Assembly: GCA_973895155.1 (NCBI GenBank)
Contig: OZ316896.1
Coordinates: forward strand, 15,312,476 to 15,376,475
DNA from: Marsupella aquatica
Taxonomy: Eukaryota > Plantae > Marchantiophyta
Direction: 5' to 3'
Length of the DNA: 64,000 nt
Of this stretch, positions 40,483 to 53,983 are shown piece after piece. Position 1 is the stretch's first letter, and every line of letters starts with the position of its first letter. The notes beneath the pieces are model-generated. The model saw only the letters and a list, made by a program, of their open reading frames with translations. It did no database searches and was not told the DNA's origin. Position numbers and translations under genes: made by a program.

Positions 40483-43000
40483 GATTGTCCATAAAACTTG
40501 AAAATATTTTCGTCTCACAATTTCTGTATGTCCTTGAACATTAATATTGGGACTGATAATGGATCACTAATTTGTGATGAAATACTTGGTGAAATGACAC
40601 TTACACCATGGACTACAAAAAATCCAAGTCAAACAACCTGATTAAACATTCCCCCACTCCTCTCCCCAGTTAAAAAACATTTCCCCTCATCTCCCCAAAT
40701 CCCTCCTCCCACCCCAATAAAAAGGAAAAGTAGAAAATCCATGAGTCATTACCTCCCTGCCCAAAAACAATTACCCTCCAGACCCCTGGAAAATGAAAAC
40801 AATTCCTCACCACCCCTAACCGGCCACTAACAACAAAATGACTCCCCATTCTGAGTGTTAATTCTCTCAAAAAGAAAATTATGATAAAAAGACAAAACAA
40901 CCAAAATAGGTACTCCCCGTTCACAGTGCCTGGGTGTACAACTTGTATCTATACTAGCTGCCACCTCCTTTCCTCTATTCCTTCCTGAACAATATTGGGT
41001 CCGGAACCATACCTGACTAGCCCCGACTACCCGTTCTTTGAACGTGAATAGCGGAGAGGACAATAAAGGTATCACCAAAGTATTTCTATATTCACATTCT
41101 TTGAAGGTTAATGAAATGATAAAAAAACATCATGCATGTCATCATTTTAATAATCATACATAACATACCATACTCCTTTCTATGCACATCACTCTTTCCA
41201 TGTGCATATGTTATTGTGGGGCCATAGAGTCAATTTTTCAATGTAAATAGAAATCTAATGCTCTAGGATGACTTTACTAACATGCTAACTGGCCAGTCCA
41301 AAACAGTTTCAAAACCAACAACCACTCAAGGATCAGGCAGGTCCCATCAAGAGGGCAAACGCACAAGGAAGAGAACCAAGAAGTCACCCACCCAAAATTA
41401 AACACTACCTGCTCCAAATGTCCAAAGAGCAAGGAGAGATTCAGCATACACTAAGATTTGGACAACTGTCCCTTGGCAAAAATCCAAACAATCAATTACC
41501 ACCTGCAATAGACCACTACTGCAAAAGGAACACCGAGAAAGGTGAACCAAAAGGAAAAACATCTCAATGTGGACCAAAAGATCACAGAGTACCATAATCC
41601 ACCAACCATACCGGTTTTCATACTCTTTTTCCAAATAATAAAAGATGTGCAAAATGCCTCCTCACCTCAATATGGGGTATACAATTCCAACCAGCACACA
41701 GTAGTGCTATCTGGCTACGTGCACTACAAGTGAGCAAAGTGACAAAATTTATGTGTTGGCTCAGCGCTCATTTAGGTTTTTTAGTTTTCCAGTCTTCACT
41801 CATCATGAATTCATTTTTTGAGAGTTGGTGCGAAGATTGTTTTTTGAAACAAAGCATCAAAATAATCTGTATTCCAACAATTCACGCATACTTCCATAGA
41901 GGCTGTCTTGGGGAGAGGAAGTGTGACAAAGACAACTAAATTAGATATTTTGTAGAGGCCCCTGGCCCAAGATATGTCATTCAAAGTTGGCTTATCAATA
42001 AACTTATTAAGAAAGTCAAGCTTTAGGTGATCAGTTATTTTCCTTTGAATTTTTTATGCCATGTGACGAGTTCTTTTAAGTATTGGTTTAGGTTTTTTTT
42101 ATGATAGCAATAAAGTATCTGAATGACTTGCACTATTGGACCTACGGTAGCTTTACTCCATTAATGAGAAATTGAGCACTAACTTTAGATATGATATCTC
42201 TTTGCAAAGGAAACAAAATCTTTATTTATTTATTTGTTCAAATCCAGGTAAGATATGTCTTTCCCACAGAAACCTGAAATCTCTGTTTAACTTCATTCTA
42301 GGAGGGAGTGAAGTTGCCTTCTCATTTGTCCTTTAACAAAAGTCTGAATGGGATGAAGCACAACCCCACAATAATGTCCCTCAAAACTCCAACAGAGGCT
42401 CTCATTTTGGGGAGCATTCTGGCACACGAGGACCCTTGTAAACAAGACTTTAGTATAATATATACATATACATACAAGTTAACAAAGGTCATATATAAAC
42501 AACTTTAGTAGCATATGCAGACATATACATACAACGTAAGAAAGGTCAGAAATGCGATGAAGCATAACCCCACAAGCAAGGGCAGAACGGGGGGCAGAAG
42601 GGAAAGAAAGTATTAACACCGCAAAGACTGGTTAGTATAAAGCACTCCGGGTTACCCGGAGCCTGCATTCAATGAACTCATCTACAGTTCACAGCCTCTT
42701 TCGAGTGGAGCGCCTGTTTTGGACCACCAGATTTCTGCTTGCCCTGACTCCATTTTTGCACCATTCAATTAGTGCTTGGGATCGGTAAAAATATCTCGCC
42801 AAGATCTACGGCTAGAACAAATCCTGGAAGTTTTTGATCAAGGATAACCACTGTTTTTCCAGTTTAATTTCTCTGGAATCTGATTGGCCCTGTAAATGTT
42901 TTTGAATTTTGAAATACTTGGGCAGAGTTTCAGGCAACAAGATGACAACCCACTTTGAACTCTTGTCTAAGTATAATATGGCTTTCACCGTATAATAAGA

Positions 43001-43078
43001 GGACCAGTTGGGTCATTGGTTAGAATGTCTGACTGGGAAGGAGAGGTCATACGATCGAGGCCTGACTTTGACCGCTCC
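43001..43078 (+). mobile_element. Degenerate tRNA-derived sequence (SINE head or tRNA pseudogene)
   Basis: A-box-like TGGGTCATTGGTTAGA and B-box-like GATCGAGGCC at tRNA spacing. Stems are imperfect, so not a functional tRNA. Confidence 0.4.
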
Positions 43079-45478
43079 CTTCCATAAAATGTTCGTGGCT
43101 TATTATTTCACCAGAAATTGCCATGACACCTCATTGGAGCCCTCCAGTAATAGATTACTTATTCATTGACATCAAATTGCCATGGTACTTTTTCAGGCCC
43201 TCCAATCACCCATCCTACGATTCTAAAATACCTTGTACACACCATAGTTTGGTCATTAATAATGAATCATTGAGAGTACTTAGGTAAGTTACCCCAATGG
43301 GAGGTTAGAAGGTCATATGGTGGAGGGGATAAAAGCCCAAAAATGAACAGTTCCAAGACAATTGGTTTCAATGTGCAAACTAATTGTTTCCACATATGAT
43401 TGATTTGGGACCACTCTTTGAATTTTTTACTCGTATTGTTTCTTTAGTGTTCGGAGGGGCTTGGCATTTGGTCTTCGTTTTACTTTTTCTGTCTTTTTAG
43501 GTGGTGAGACCATGAGTACGATGGGTGAGCCACCGGACCTTTCTGTTGCCCGTTGTAGACGTCCTCTTTGGGGAAGTGGTCCTCCAAGACCAAAGTATCC
43601 GAGTGATGCCATAGATTACAAGAAGATAAGGAGACCAAATGCCAAGCCTCCAATCTGGATCCCACTTGAACGGTGGGATGAGTGGGAGGAGTTGAGGCTT
43701 TTATAGGATTCTGATCTTGATACAAAGCATGCCACCGGGCATGCCACAATTATGCTACTTGACATGTCATGTGAGCGCATTGAGCACTTGGGAGGTGGCA
43801 AGCAGCGGAGGCAACATCAATCTTGCAAGAGGCATTTGCACATAAGGCACCTTCTGAGCACATGTGTCCACCCAGTTTAGCCGTAGACCAGACCTTGGAT
43901 CCAGACCTGGTTGAGCACAGCATTGATCTCATGAGATGGTTCTAGATATTGTACTCTGTTTCTCTGCTGTTATTTGGTATTCCATTTAGGGATGTCCAGG
44001 GATTTTTTTAATTTGTTTTCAAATGTATGTCTTGACTACATAATAACACAGATGCAAAATAATCAAATTTTTCAATATAAAACAAATGGTCATCAGTCAC
44101 GTTTCCCTGCACATTAATTTCATGACAGCCACACAAAAAAACCTAACATGGTAGGATGTCAAAAGGAACTTTTGGCTATTTCAATTAAAAATAAGTAACA
44201 ATCACCCTATTTGGTGGCTCAATTCAGGCGGAGGACATGAGGCCCTTGACACTGCCAGGCATGCTCATGTTGAGGATCTGCCACCAACCCAGGCTTAAGA
44301 GCCACTATTCTCGGATTGTCTATTCTCAGAGGGCATCTTCTCCGACAGTCTCTTCTTTGAGGTTCTCACTATCCTAATAGGAGCTTAGTGAAAATTAATG
44401 TCATGTCTCATGTCTCTTTTCCATGGGATTGGAACCCTCATAAGGTGATGTTGTTTTTTTCCTATTTTAATAGGGGATTGTTACTCCTGAGTACGATGTG
44501 CATGAGGACGATTATGGATCCTTTGCTCGTGAGGACATGCAAGAACTTTTTGGAGATGATGATCGTGAGGCTCTTGTGGCTCTAGGGGTAGAGGTATTGT
44601 ATAAGCCAAACTATGAGGCTTTGTTGCAACCTCAAAGTCATGGCCAAGCATGATGTTGTGTTCATTTTATCCACAGAGTGATTGATGTTAGACTAGGTTT
44701 TTCTATGTTTGCTCATAATTTTGTCAAATACTTTTGGTGGTTTATTTTAGTTTCATATCCACCTTTTGCAGCTGCCCCAACTGGTTCCGGTGTGGAGGTA
44801 CAAGAGCCAAAAATTGTGTTGGATTCTCAGCCTATTTTCACTGAGGTGATGGATTCCCAAACAGATACCTTCATAGACTCCCAACTACATCCAGAGTCCC
44901 TTCATGCAATCTTGCTAGAGTAGGCTTTATAGAGTGACACTTGGTGTCTGACTTGGTAGATAAACTCCTCCCTAGGTATCACATCCATGATTGCTCTTTG
45001 ACTCCTGGAGTGGAGCATATTAGAGATTTCCAACAACTTTGGTCCATTCGGATTGGTTGTGGGGAGAAGGGTCATGATTGGCCTTTCATTACAGACGAGT
45101 TGGAGACCGGTTTGGACTTGTCGGACAAATAGGGCCATTTCGGGCGACAAATGACATATGTTACCCCAGTCGATCCCGGCCGGGAGACAGGGTCAGGCCG
45201 GGAGGGGTGTGGAGCCGGGCCGGGAGAGAGCGAGCCGGGTTGGGAAGAGGCAGTCGGGCCGAGAAGGGGCCGGGAAGGGTTGGGACCCGGCCGAATCGAC
45301 ATGTGATGATAGGACAAGAGGGACAAGGCAAAGAAAACAACTGAATGCAGATGTAGCTCTCAAGGGGAATTGAACCCCATTTGATGCCGATCAGCAAGAG
45401 CTTGAGAATGACAAGAAGTAAGAACCTCACCCACAGGCACTACATTTCCTGCACATTTGTGGGATGTCTTCGTGAAGT

Positions 45479-45727
45479 GACAAAGACAGGCTATTGTACA
45501 AAAGAGACTGCAGAGGTTGGCAAAAGAAAGAAGGGACACAGCGTACCGGACTACCAGCGGGTTAGGACGGTGGGTGTTGGGGAGGCGGGCAGCAGAGGTG
45601 GTTGACAAAGACAGGCTATTGTACAAAAGAGACTGCGGAGGTTGGCAAAAGAACGAAGGGACACAACGTACCGGACTACCCGTGGGTTAGGACGGTGGGT
45701 GCCGACGAGGTGGGCAGCAGAGGTGGT
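45479..45727. repeat. ~126-bp tandem duplication in a GC-rich, probably retroelement-derived segment (45.1-45.8 kb)
   Basis: GACAAAGACAGGCTATTGTACAAAAGAGACTGC...CGTACCGGACTACC...GGGCAGCAGAGGTGGT occurs twice. Confidence 0.85.
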
Positions 45728-46480
45728 GGGCCCGGGCAGCCCTGAAGGGACAATGATCGGACCTAGACTGCACAGTTGGGCCGGGGCCCTTAAATAGGGG
45801 GAGGTGGCCTGTCAAATGTGTGTTCGTGCTCGGAGCGGGGGAAAATGGTAGCCCGATTTTAGACTAGAGAGAAGGAGGCGAAGCAGAGGCCGGCGGAGTA
45901 GGAGAGGCAGGATGGCTATCCTGGCGCTGAATGCAAATACGTGATAGAGGAGTGTATGCGGGAATGGAAGAGCACCAACAGCGCCCGCAAGTTGCAAGAA
46001 AAAGTGTCCCCTGCTCGACTCATTTACGAGTTATGACTGTGGTAAGAAACAATCTGATTGCTGAATACGTGTGATCTATACCCTCTCGTTTTAAGTCAGT
46101 CCTGGATCTATTTTTCGAATGAGATGGCTGATTATGTCATTTTTCCGTGTCAGTCCCTTTCGTCCCGTTTGTTTTACTCAGGTTCAATGCAAATATATGA
46201 TGTAGCATTAGTGCGTAATTTGCTCGAAATCTACTGGACAGCCACCGTTGCATCTAGATGGAACACTAGGCACGGTGAATGGCATTGTTCGTCAATTTTT
46301 AAAATACACGACTATAATTTGCGAGGTGAAAATGGATATGGAGGCCAATTGGGACATTTTCGAATAGTATACTTTCTCGAGAATTAGTGTTGGTCGGATC
46401 TTTTAAGAGCTCGTGTTCCCCGATCTCTTTGAGTTCCCGAAGCATTCAACCATCCGCGTTTCGCCAGGACTTGACAAAGA

Positions 46481-46954
46481 ATGTTGTATGACTGTTATAC
46501 GCAGGACATCGGGTACTGTGTATACGATTTGGCAGTTTTGGGTTTGACGTCATTTCAGAGTGTGTGTGCTAACTCTGAAAGGGCAGATTTCTTGGAGATT
46601 TATAATGTGCTCAACGATGAGTGGAATCTGGTAGCCATCCCGACGCACGAGACAGATCTTTCCTTCATGGCAGGAGGAAAGCTTCACTCTATGACTGGTA
46701 GTGATATCCATGTCCACGACAGTGAATCAAATTCTTGGACACGTCTCCATTCTCATTCACTTTCTGCACGGGGACTCGTGGACTCCAAGGTAGTAGTTGG
46801 GAAAACTGTATTAGCTCTGGATGATCTGCTTCTGGCTACAGGCGAAGGGAGTGATCAGTATGAAGAAATAAAAGTTTGCAAAGCATGTCTTCTCCAAGGC
46901 ACAGGCTTTGGAAGCGCAAACGAAGAGATTAAATGGGCGGGTATTTTGAAGTAG
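46481..46954 (+). pseudogene. F-box/Kelch-type beta-propeller C-terminal fragment
   Basis: FLEIYNVLNDEW and IHVHDSESNSWTRL are Kelch-like blades; CLLQGTGFGSANEEIKW near the end. No F-box or N-terminus seen. Confidence 0.5.
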
Positions 46955-47547
46955 AGGATATCAAGTTCACAAATTATTCCATGCGGCTTATTGAACTTTG
47001 AAGATCCTCGAGATGGAGAGGGATAAAGAGGTAAAAGACGATTTTGTCACATCGCAGGACTATGAGAAACTTTGCAAATAAATAAATGTCGAAGTTAGGG
47101 ACAGGCCCTGGATGTCGAGAAACTTTGTTGGAGGGCTTGTCCTGATTGCTGATGCATTTGTGCTGCAGGAGATTGTCGTCGCTCTGTTACTGCTAGCGGT
47201 TGAAGGGTCGGGATGAAGATCTTTGTTCATATGTGATGTGTGGGGCACTTGTCGGCCGCGTACATTCTTTGTTTGGACGTGGGTGGAACATGTTCAGTCG
47301 TTCGGTAAGCAGTGACTAGAATCCAATATTTTGGGTATAAACACCGTGCTAGCAAATAGTAAATAGATATTCTCATACAACATCAGAGGAAATTTCTTGA
47401 CGATTTCACACAAGGACTCCAATATATTGCCACGAAATATGAAGTCGAAAAAAAGTCATACAATAAAACAACACTTTAAGAACTCACACTTCTGCCCATT
47501 AGAAAAGACAAACTACAATTGTAGCTGTTCAATGATAAAGCAACAGT

Positions 47548-50500
47548 CTACGTTCTCGTTCCCAACTGCCTATCAAGTATGTAACGGACTTCTCCCAACG
47601 TTAGAATTGGCTGGCTACATAATGTCGAATCGAGCACATCCAATTTGAACACATTCTTGAACACCCAATACACATGTTTGCAAGGCATGTAAGGCTTCCG
47701 ATAAGTATGCTGACGATAGAAATCCTTGCAAGAGCAACATGGGAAACAACAATCTGAACCCAATAAGAGGCGACTGATCTCTCATGTTCATGGGTCCGGA
47801 TACAAAACTATTTCCCCGACGCATTTCCACTCGTGATCTCTCTCTCTCCAATGACCCTCATCACTTCTTTTTCAGAGGCTTCAATTCTCTTCAAATGTGT
47901 TTGGGTAAGATGCACTCTTTGCAAGCATTTCTTCCTGTTCCTTGAAGCGCACCTCACAGATGGGTCAGTTAGGTTGATCCTCTCCGGGAAAAGATTGACA
48001 TCAATCCGTAACGTAGAAGGCAACGGTGCTTCGATTTCATCTCCACGGCCTTCGGAGAGAATAAGTCCTTGTTCTTTCAAAAATTGAATCTCTGCTCCAG
48101 AAAGATTGGTCCCTCTAGCAATTGGGAGATGTGAAGGAACATTGGGAACGTTCGTCTCCTTGTTGTGCTTTGGTGATAGTGGTTGTTGGGGCAAAACCAT
48201 ATCTGATTGTTATAAGGTTGCCCCCTGAACATTCTGCATCCTCTCACAGATATTGCAACAACACCATTTGGATTCGGAAGGCCAACCTTCTTTACTCGAT
48301 TTTGACATTCATCACGACTACCTCCCCGTCCAAGGGTTCCGTTACACACTGGACCCGCACCCCGTTTTGAGGTCCAACGCAACTGCCAGGCACCGGGAGG
48401 TACTTCACTTTCCATTGGGGAAACTGAATGACAATATGCAGTCTCGACAGGTCTTGCAGGCGTCACTGGTGGGACAGAGGATCTCGTTGCTCGACGCGTA
48501 GGTGTGTCAATGACCACAACTTCCTCAGAAGCATCGCTTTCTGACAAATTATGGACCGCATCAATTCCACCGGCTGAAGGCGTAGAAGGCAATTTCTCAA
48601 AATCAGTGGAATGCAGGTTTCTCCTTTTCAACCTTTTGTATTTGGTGAAGTAACAAGGATGGTATCATGCCTGTGCGAGTCTTCTGCCGAGACGTTCCCA
48701 GTTGCATGTCCTTTTCGTTTCACCGATCGAGTTACAACATCACCATTCAATGGAACACTTCTTTCCAAATCAAACTTAGTAGTGTTCGACAGGAGGAGAT
48801 GGGTGGCTTCCTCAAAGAGACGCGGTGACCCCGCCAGGTCCGCCGATCTGAAGGCAAGCTCAAAAATAGTTGGGCCAGTTCCTTTGCTCAATCCCCTTTT
48901 GTATGCAGTATAAGCAGCAATTGAGCAACCGCTCTATTTTGGTCTGTTTTGCATCCTTCAAACAGACCAACCTTTTTTTCTGTTGCCATGCTTTCATTCC
49001 AGCATGCCTAGATTCCGAACCAGTACAATTAGGAATCATCCCAGCCTCTTCGGCACTCTTGCTCTGAAACATTGCACGCAAGGGTTTAGTACATGTAAGA
49101 AATTGCACACAAAAGTGGCAACACAATGGAAATAACAGTAGCGCCAGACGCTAATAAACTGATGATGATATTTCCATGTAAAGAACCGTTTAACACAGAA
49201 TAAAGGTAGTCCTTACATCACTCATAGTCCAAACGGATTATTAGCGCTCGGCGCTACTATTGCGGATAAGGAACTCTTCTATCTCACACATGCTTCACTA
49301 GCGCCGAGCGCTATTAATGGGAACATGCATCCTAGAGCAGTGTATAACTCACCAGTCTTATGAAGTTCCCCATTGTCTCCATCGGACAACCCACCAAGAC
49401 AGCCACCCTTGCAGCATCCAAAGTTTGCCTGAGTGACAATTGCTAGACCTCCACCAGTCATCGATTTCCCTCGAGATTCGATATGCTTTCAAGAAAGTTG
49501 GCGCGTTCCGAACACGATCCCACATCTCCTTGTGCTCTCCGTGCTTTCCATCTTTTACACCTTCTCGGGAATGACGATGAAAAGATTGGAAAAAATGAAA
49601 GGCATCTGATCTTTCTCGCTCTGGGTCGGGTACACCGTCAAAGAACATGTTTCGAACAGCATTCCAACCAGCCTGAGCATTGTCCGCCATGAATCCCCGA
49701 ATTGTAACATCCTATAAACCATTTTCATTGGCAACCTCTAACATCAAACGCCAGGCTCTCTCTAGAGATTTTGCATCTTTGGCCTTTAGCTCACAAGTGA
49801 ATATGGTGCAAAGTGCCCGATAATGATGATCATATACATGGGCACTAAAAGTAAGCCAATCTGCCGTGCTTCGATGCATCACGTCAAAACTTACCCATGA
49901 ACCCTCTAACAACCCACCAGGTTTCATTCTTTGGAGCAGGTCCAGACCACTCCCGTCACCTTTTCCGGTCATTTTAAAGATATGAGCACTCTCGTCCCGA
50001 CAGCCTTGACCAGGGAGCAAGAACCTATGAAGAAAAGGCAGTCGGATACACTTTTGCATCCTCACAAGAAATTCCAGTTCCCCTTTCCCCTTCTGATCTT
50101 GACGGACACTCCTTAACACGGATGCAAACTTCTGAGGAGATGCGACGACCATTAGGGACTCCCAGATTTCCTTCTCTTCTTCAAGAGAGATTTCTTCAAC
50201 AGAGGCCTCGCAAAATGTATTTGTCAATGTCTCAGTCGCAGAGTTTTTAATCCCTGTTGGGGATGCCATGGGGTTTGCAGTGAATCCCTTCTCCAGATGA
50301 GACCTTGCAACCTTTTCTGCCTCCCTCGAAAAGACCCATCGACTGGGATGATTGTGAAATCCCATATGAACAGCTAGTCGCAACATTGGGCCAAAGACTT
50401 AATGTCAACTTTTGCAGATGGATACATGTAGAACATTAGAGCAGGGCAGGCCTCAACGCACATCGGAGGTTCAGAGCAATGGTGACAAACAACTCCACCT

Positions 50501-51351
50501 TCGGAGATCAATTCCCCAACTCGGAATGGGCCTGAAAGTTTTGGGGTTCTTGCCCACATCTCATTATTTCAAAACTTGTTGTCTTTCCACCACAAACAAG
50601 CATTATTTCGACACTGCAGCGATCCCGTACACTGGACTTTCCCGAAATCCCACATTTTCTTTGGAAGAACATTTGAAGACGTTTTCACAATCCGAGTCCA
50701 ATAATAACAATCCTTACCACGATCCATATCTTTCAAACGTTCACCTTTTGCGTTCACACAGTCTACCGGGGGTAACTCAAAAACCACATTCCCATTGTAA
50801 GATGTGGGAAGACTAGGCACTACGTGATGAACAAAATCACTCCCCCTTATAAACCGAGACAATTCACTATGACCTTTGGATTTCAAGATTGTATCCATTG
50901 CACTCTGCCGGTACACAATCAAAGGCACAATCATTTCTCGATCCGCATTAGACTCCTTTTTAACCTCGGATGGGTAAACTGGAATCTTCTCTCCGAGAGT
51001 AGTTGTCGCTTGCTTATCATCTCCAGAACTTTCCGAGAGTTCGATGACATCAAGTTCAGCCGCTGTGGGAGGACGAGTATAGGAGGCCCCAGAATCTCTC
51101 AAAACAAAAACCTCATATTCTTTCTGAGCCTCCAGAGTCCAATATCTTTGACCATGAACAACATCGTAGAAAATTGGAGTCTCCCCCAAACAAACCGACA
51201 CTAACAAGATCGCTAAAATAGACTCCTTGGCGACATCAAATCTCACTCCCAAATATTCCTCTGAAACACGCTTTGATTTAGATGATTCAAGGACGGGAAT
51301 TGTGATTACATCCCGAGTGTCCTTCCTCGTGACAACGATATTTTGAGCCAT
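47548..51351 (-). pseudogene. Mutator-like (MULE) transposase with N-terminal zinc finger and C-terminal SWIM finger, disrupted
   Basis: CTGSLQCRNNAC...CHHC...CPA...RLAVHMGFHNHP (GCM/WRKY-like finger); SFDVMHR..WLTFSAHVYD..LCTIFTCEL; FMADNAQAGWNAVRNMF..FHFFQS (MULE core); CSCKDF..PCKHVYWV (SWIM). In-frame stops at 50569 and 49712, frameshifts near 50386 and 48880, and an intron at ~49.09-49.35 kb. Confidence 0.8.
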
Positions 51352-52132
51352 GGCTTCAAAAGAGGGATATGCATTTGCCCCACGCGAAATGAAATATGTT
51401 TATCATGAGATTCGAGTACGAGAAGTAAACGTTCCCATTCTCATTATAGAGTCGTTATAGATTTGGACGCACTCCATCAATGACGTTTTGTCGTCTTACC
51501 AATGGCAAGATTTGGGTTCATAGTTATTAGCGCCTGGCGCTACTTCTAAGTGTAAAACACTCTTGGGTGAGGACTACAAATGCCAATAATAATAGCGCCT
51601 GGCGCTACCTCTGGGTGCAAACATTCTTGGGTGAGGAGTACGAAGGCAATAAATAATAGCGCCTGGCGCTACCTATTTCAATGGACTTGAAAACATTCAA
51701 TGGAAGGATAAGTACGATAACGCGATACAGTACGAGTCATTAAGTTGGCACGCTTGAAGATCTCCACTGGATCTTCGCGAATCCGATCCGCCCGGGTCCA
51801 AATGTGTCAGAGAGGAAGCGTCCATGAAAGTTATATCAGAGGGTCCTCTTCAAAGTGGGTACCCAGGACCAAGTGCGAACTCTCCTTATATCTAGTCATT
51901 CTCCTCCGATGTCCTCATTGTCAAGCCATTCTTCATTGAGTCGTAGCTGTGGCTCATCTTTCGGGCGCGTGGTTTCCGTTCTTGCTTTCGGGCCCAGTTG
52001 TTCTTTTTTGCTTTTGTGCGCGTTCTTGTTCTCCTTCTCGTCCTCGTTTCTCATTCTCGTCCTAGTTCACGCTGTTGTCCTCCTTCACGTTCTTGTTCGC
52101 GCTTCTTGTTCTCGTCCTCGTCCTCACTTTTA

Positions 52133-52561
52133 ATGGCACCTCCAGGAGGGAAGGCAAAGGAGGAGGCACTTGTCCCGAGCGACACCGACCGGGAGACCCC
52201 CGCATCAAATAGCTTACCGCCTTGGCCGAATGCCGAGAGGACGACGGTTCCAGTCTCGAAGAAGGGGAAACTCATCTCAAAGACGAAGAATGCCCCAACT
52301 GTGGGCCGCAGCGAAGGATCCAATCGGCCAAATGCGAGCGGCCCAACTTCTGTTCCCGCTAGGGATATCACCCCTGCTTCAGTCGGCCATCCAAGAGCTG
52401 ACACTATCTGCACGGGAGTCTCTGTATCTTCTTCATCCATTGAGAGTGATCATTCTTCGAGCGAGGACTCATCACCGAGCAAGCGAGGATTTGCGTGGTA
52501 TGGATCGAGCGACTCGAATGACGACTCCGATGCATACAAGCCAAGTTGGTGGGAAGACTGA
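52133..52561 (+). CDS. Short low-complexity S/P/D-rich ORF inside the transposon
   Basis: ATG-initiated MAPPGGKAKEE...SDDSDAYKPSWWED. No recognisable domain. Confidence 0.3.
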   Translation: MAPPGGKAKEEALVPSDTDRETPASNSLPPWPNAERTTVPVSKKGKLISKTKNAPTVGRSEGSNRPNASGPTSVPARDITPASVGHPRADTICTGVSVSSSSIESDHSSSEDSSPSKRGFAWYGSSDSNDDSDAYKPSWWED

Positions 52562-52866
52562 TTTCCCGTTGTCAGAGCGTATCATTCGAGTGTTGGAGAG
52601 ACTTGGAGGATCCATTGAGGTTGATAGGATCTGTTTCCACTCATTTTTTTCCGATAGAAAATCCATACCGTTCCTTCCTCGTATGCCGGATTTCTAGTGT
52701 ATTGTAACATTTTGTATATGAATGGCACAGCCGTTTGTTTTTACCTCGGTGTCAATGCTTTTGAATTCAAAAGACCAAGCTTTAATTTCGGGTTCTACTC
52801 CCGTGTTTGCATTGTATTTCTGAATGCGAACCTGAGCTATTTCTTTGAAATGGCCGTAAACACTCG

Positions 52867-53085
52867 GCTTATAATGACCCAATTCAAATAAAGAGTGAGG
52901 AGGAAGAAATACTGGTAAAAATCAAAAAACGTGAGGCTGAGATCACCTATTTTGAAAAAAAAAATACTGAACAAAACCATAGTGGCCAAGAACGCCCCAG
53001 ATATTCTATGGAAAATAGAAAACGTCGAAGTAAGCTTCGGCTTATAGATGGTAAGGTGGGGTGATAACGGTCGATTTATTTTCAT
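52867..53085 (-). pseudogene. sdh3: NUMT: 5' part of mitochondrial sdh3
   Basis: MKINRPLSPHLTIYKPKLTSTFSIFHRISGAFLATMVLFSIFFFKIGDLSLTF...LNWVIIS closely matches the recalled liverwort mitochondrial Sdh3; truncated after ~73 codons. Confidence 0.9.
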
Positions 53086-53110
53086 CTTTTTAGTTGACTC
53101 CGATTTTGAT

Positions 53111-53138
53111 TCAAGGTGACAGGATTTGAACCTGTAAC
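53111..53138 (-). pseudogene. trnP: NUMT: 3' fragment of a mitochondrial tRNA, probably trnP(UGG)
   Basis: The minus strand reads GTTACAGGTTCAAATCCTGTCACCTTGA (T-arm + acceptor stem) ~25 nt upstream of the sdh3 ATG. trnP-sdh3 is a conserved bryophyte mitochondrial gene pair. Confidence 0.7.
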
Positions 53139-53983
53139 TGCTGTCAATGTTTTTACTAGCATTCGGCGCTATTATGAGAAACAAAGTGTCTATAACACTG
53201 TCGTGAATGTCTTATCTCTAAAGTATTTTTGATAGCGTTGGGCGCTATTAATGAAAGGAATCACAAGTCAGACCCGTTCGGAGTTATTTTTACTTTTATT
53301 TCAACAAATTCTGTTCAATTGATGTGCATTTAAATAGCGTCAGGCGCTATTGTAATTCATTGGAATATTTGTTGAATGAATGGGTTCATGTGGTCATGTT
53401 TGTTGTCATTGGACTCCGATTTCATCATTTATTTGAATACTAGCGCCGAGCGCTACTAAAGTTGGCTTGTCGACACCTGCACAAAATTGGAAAATTTATA
53501 GACAATTGTGTTGATAGTACTGCCCATAGCTACATTAAGATGGTTTTTCAGATACATTTGAAAGTATGTCACTTGTATAATAGCGCCTGGCGCTATCCAC
53601 AACTACCGACACTGATGTGGTTCCAACGGTCACTTTCCAACAGTAATATTATAGTAGATTGAGGTTCACGGAACCCTTTTTGCTTTTGTCTAGGATGAAA
53701 GTCCAATCGGAGAATGCCATCTGTACTTGGGACCGTTGTAATCGAATGGCTGGTTCTATTGTATCGGTGTCTTAATACGAGGTGGAGATCGCTCGTTTGG
53801 GATAATTTAGTCCGTCTACGCGCTCAGACCTCGGACTGTATGAGTTTGTCAAGTGCGTATGTGCGTCCTTTATTGGTCCCGTACATTTTGAGACGTGATC
53901 GTGACAAGAACTGCACGACGCGTACGACAGTGCCGGGTGGTTGAGTCGCTCTCCACGACAACTTTTGGCTAGGTGATACAAGA

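Noticed and set aside
45119-45814. TG..CA-bounded GC-rich block as a solo LTR
   Set aside because: Flanks GGACT/AATGT do not form a TSD, so the boundaries are unsupported.
51520-53600. CRISPR-like appearance of regularly spaced palindromes
   Set aside because: The repeat is only 15 bp, spacing is irregular overall, linkers resemble each other, no cas genes are present and the context is eukaryotic.
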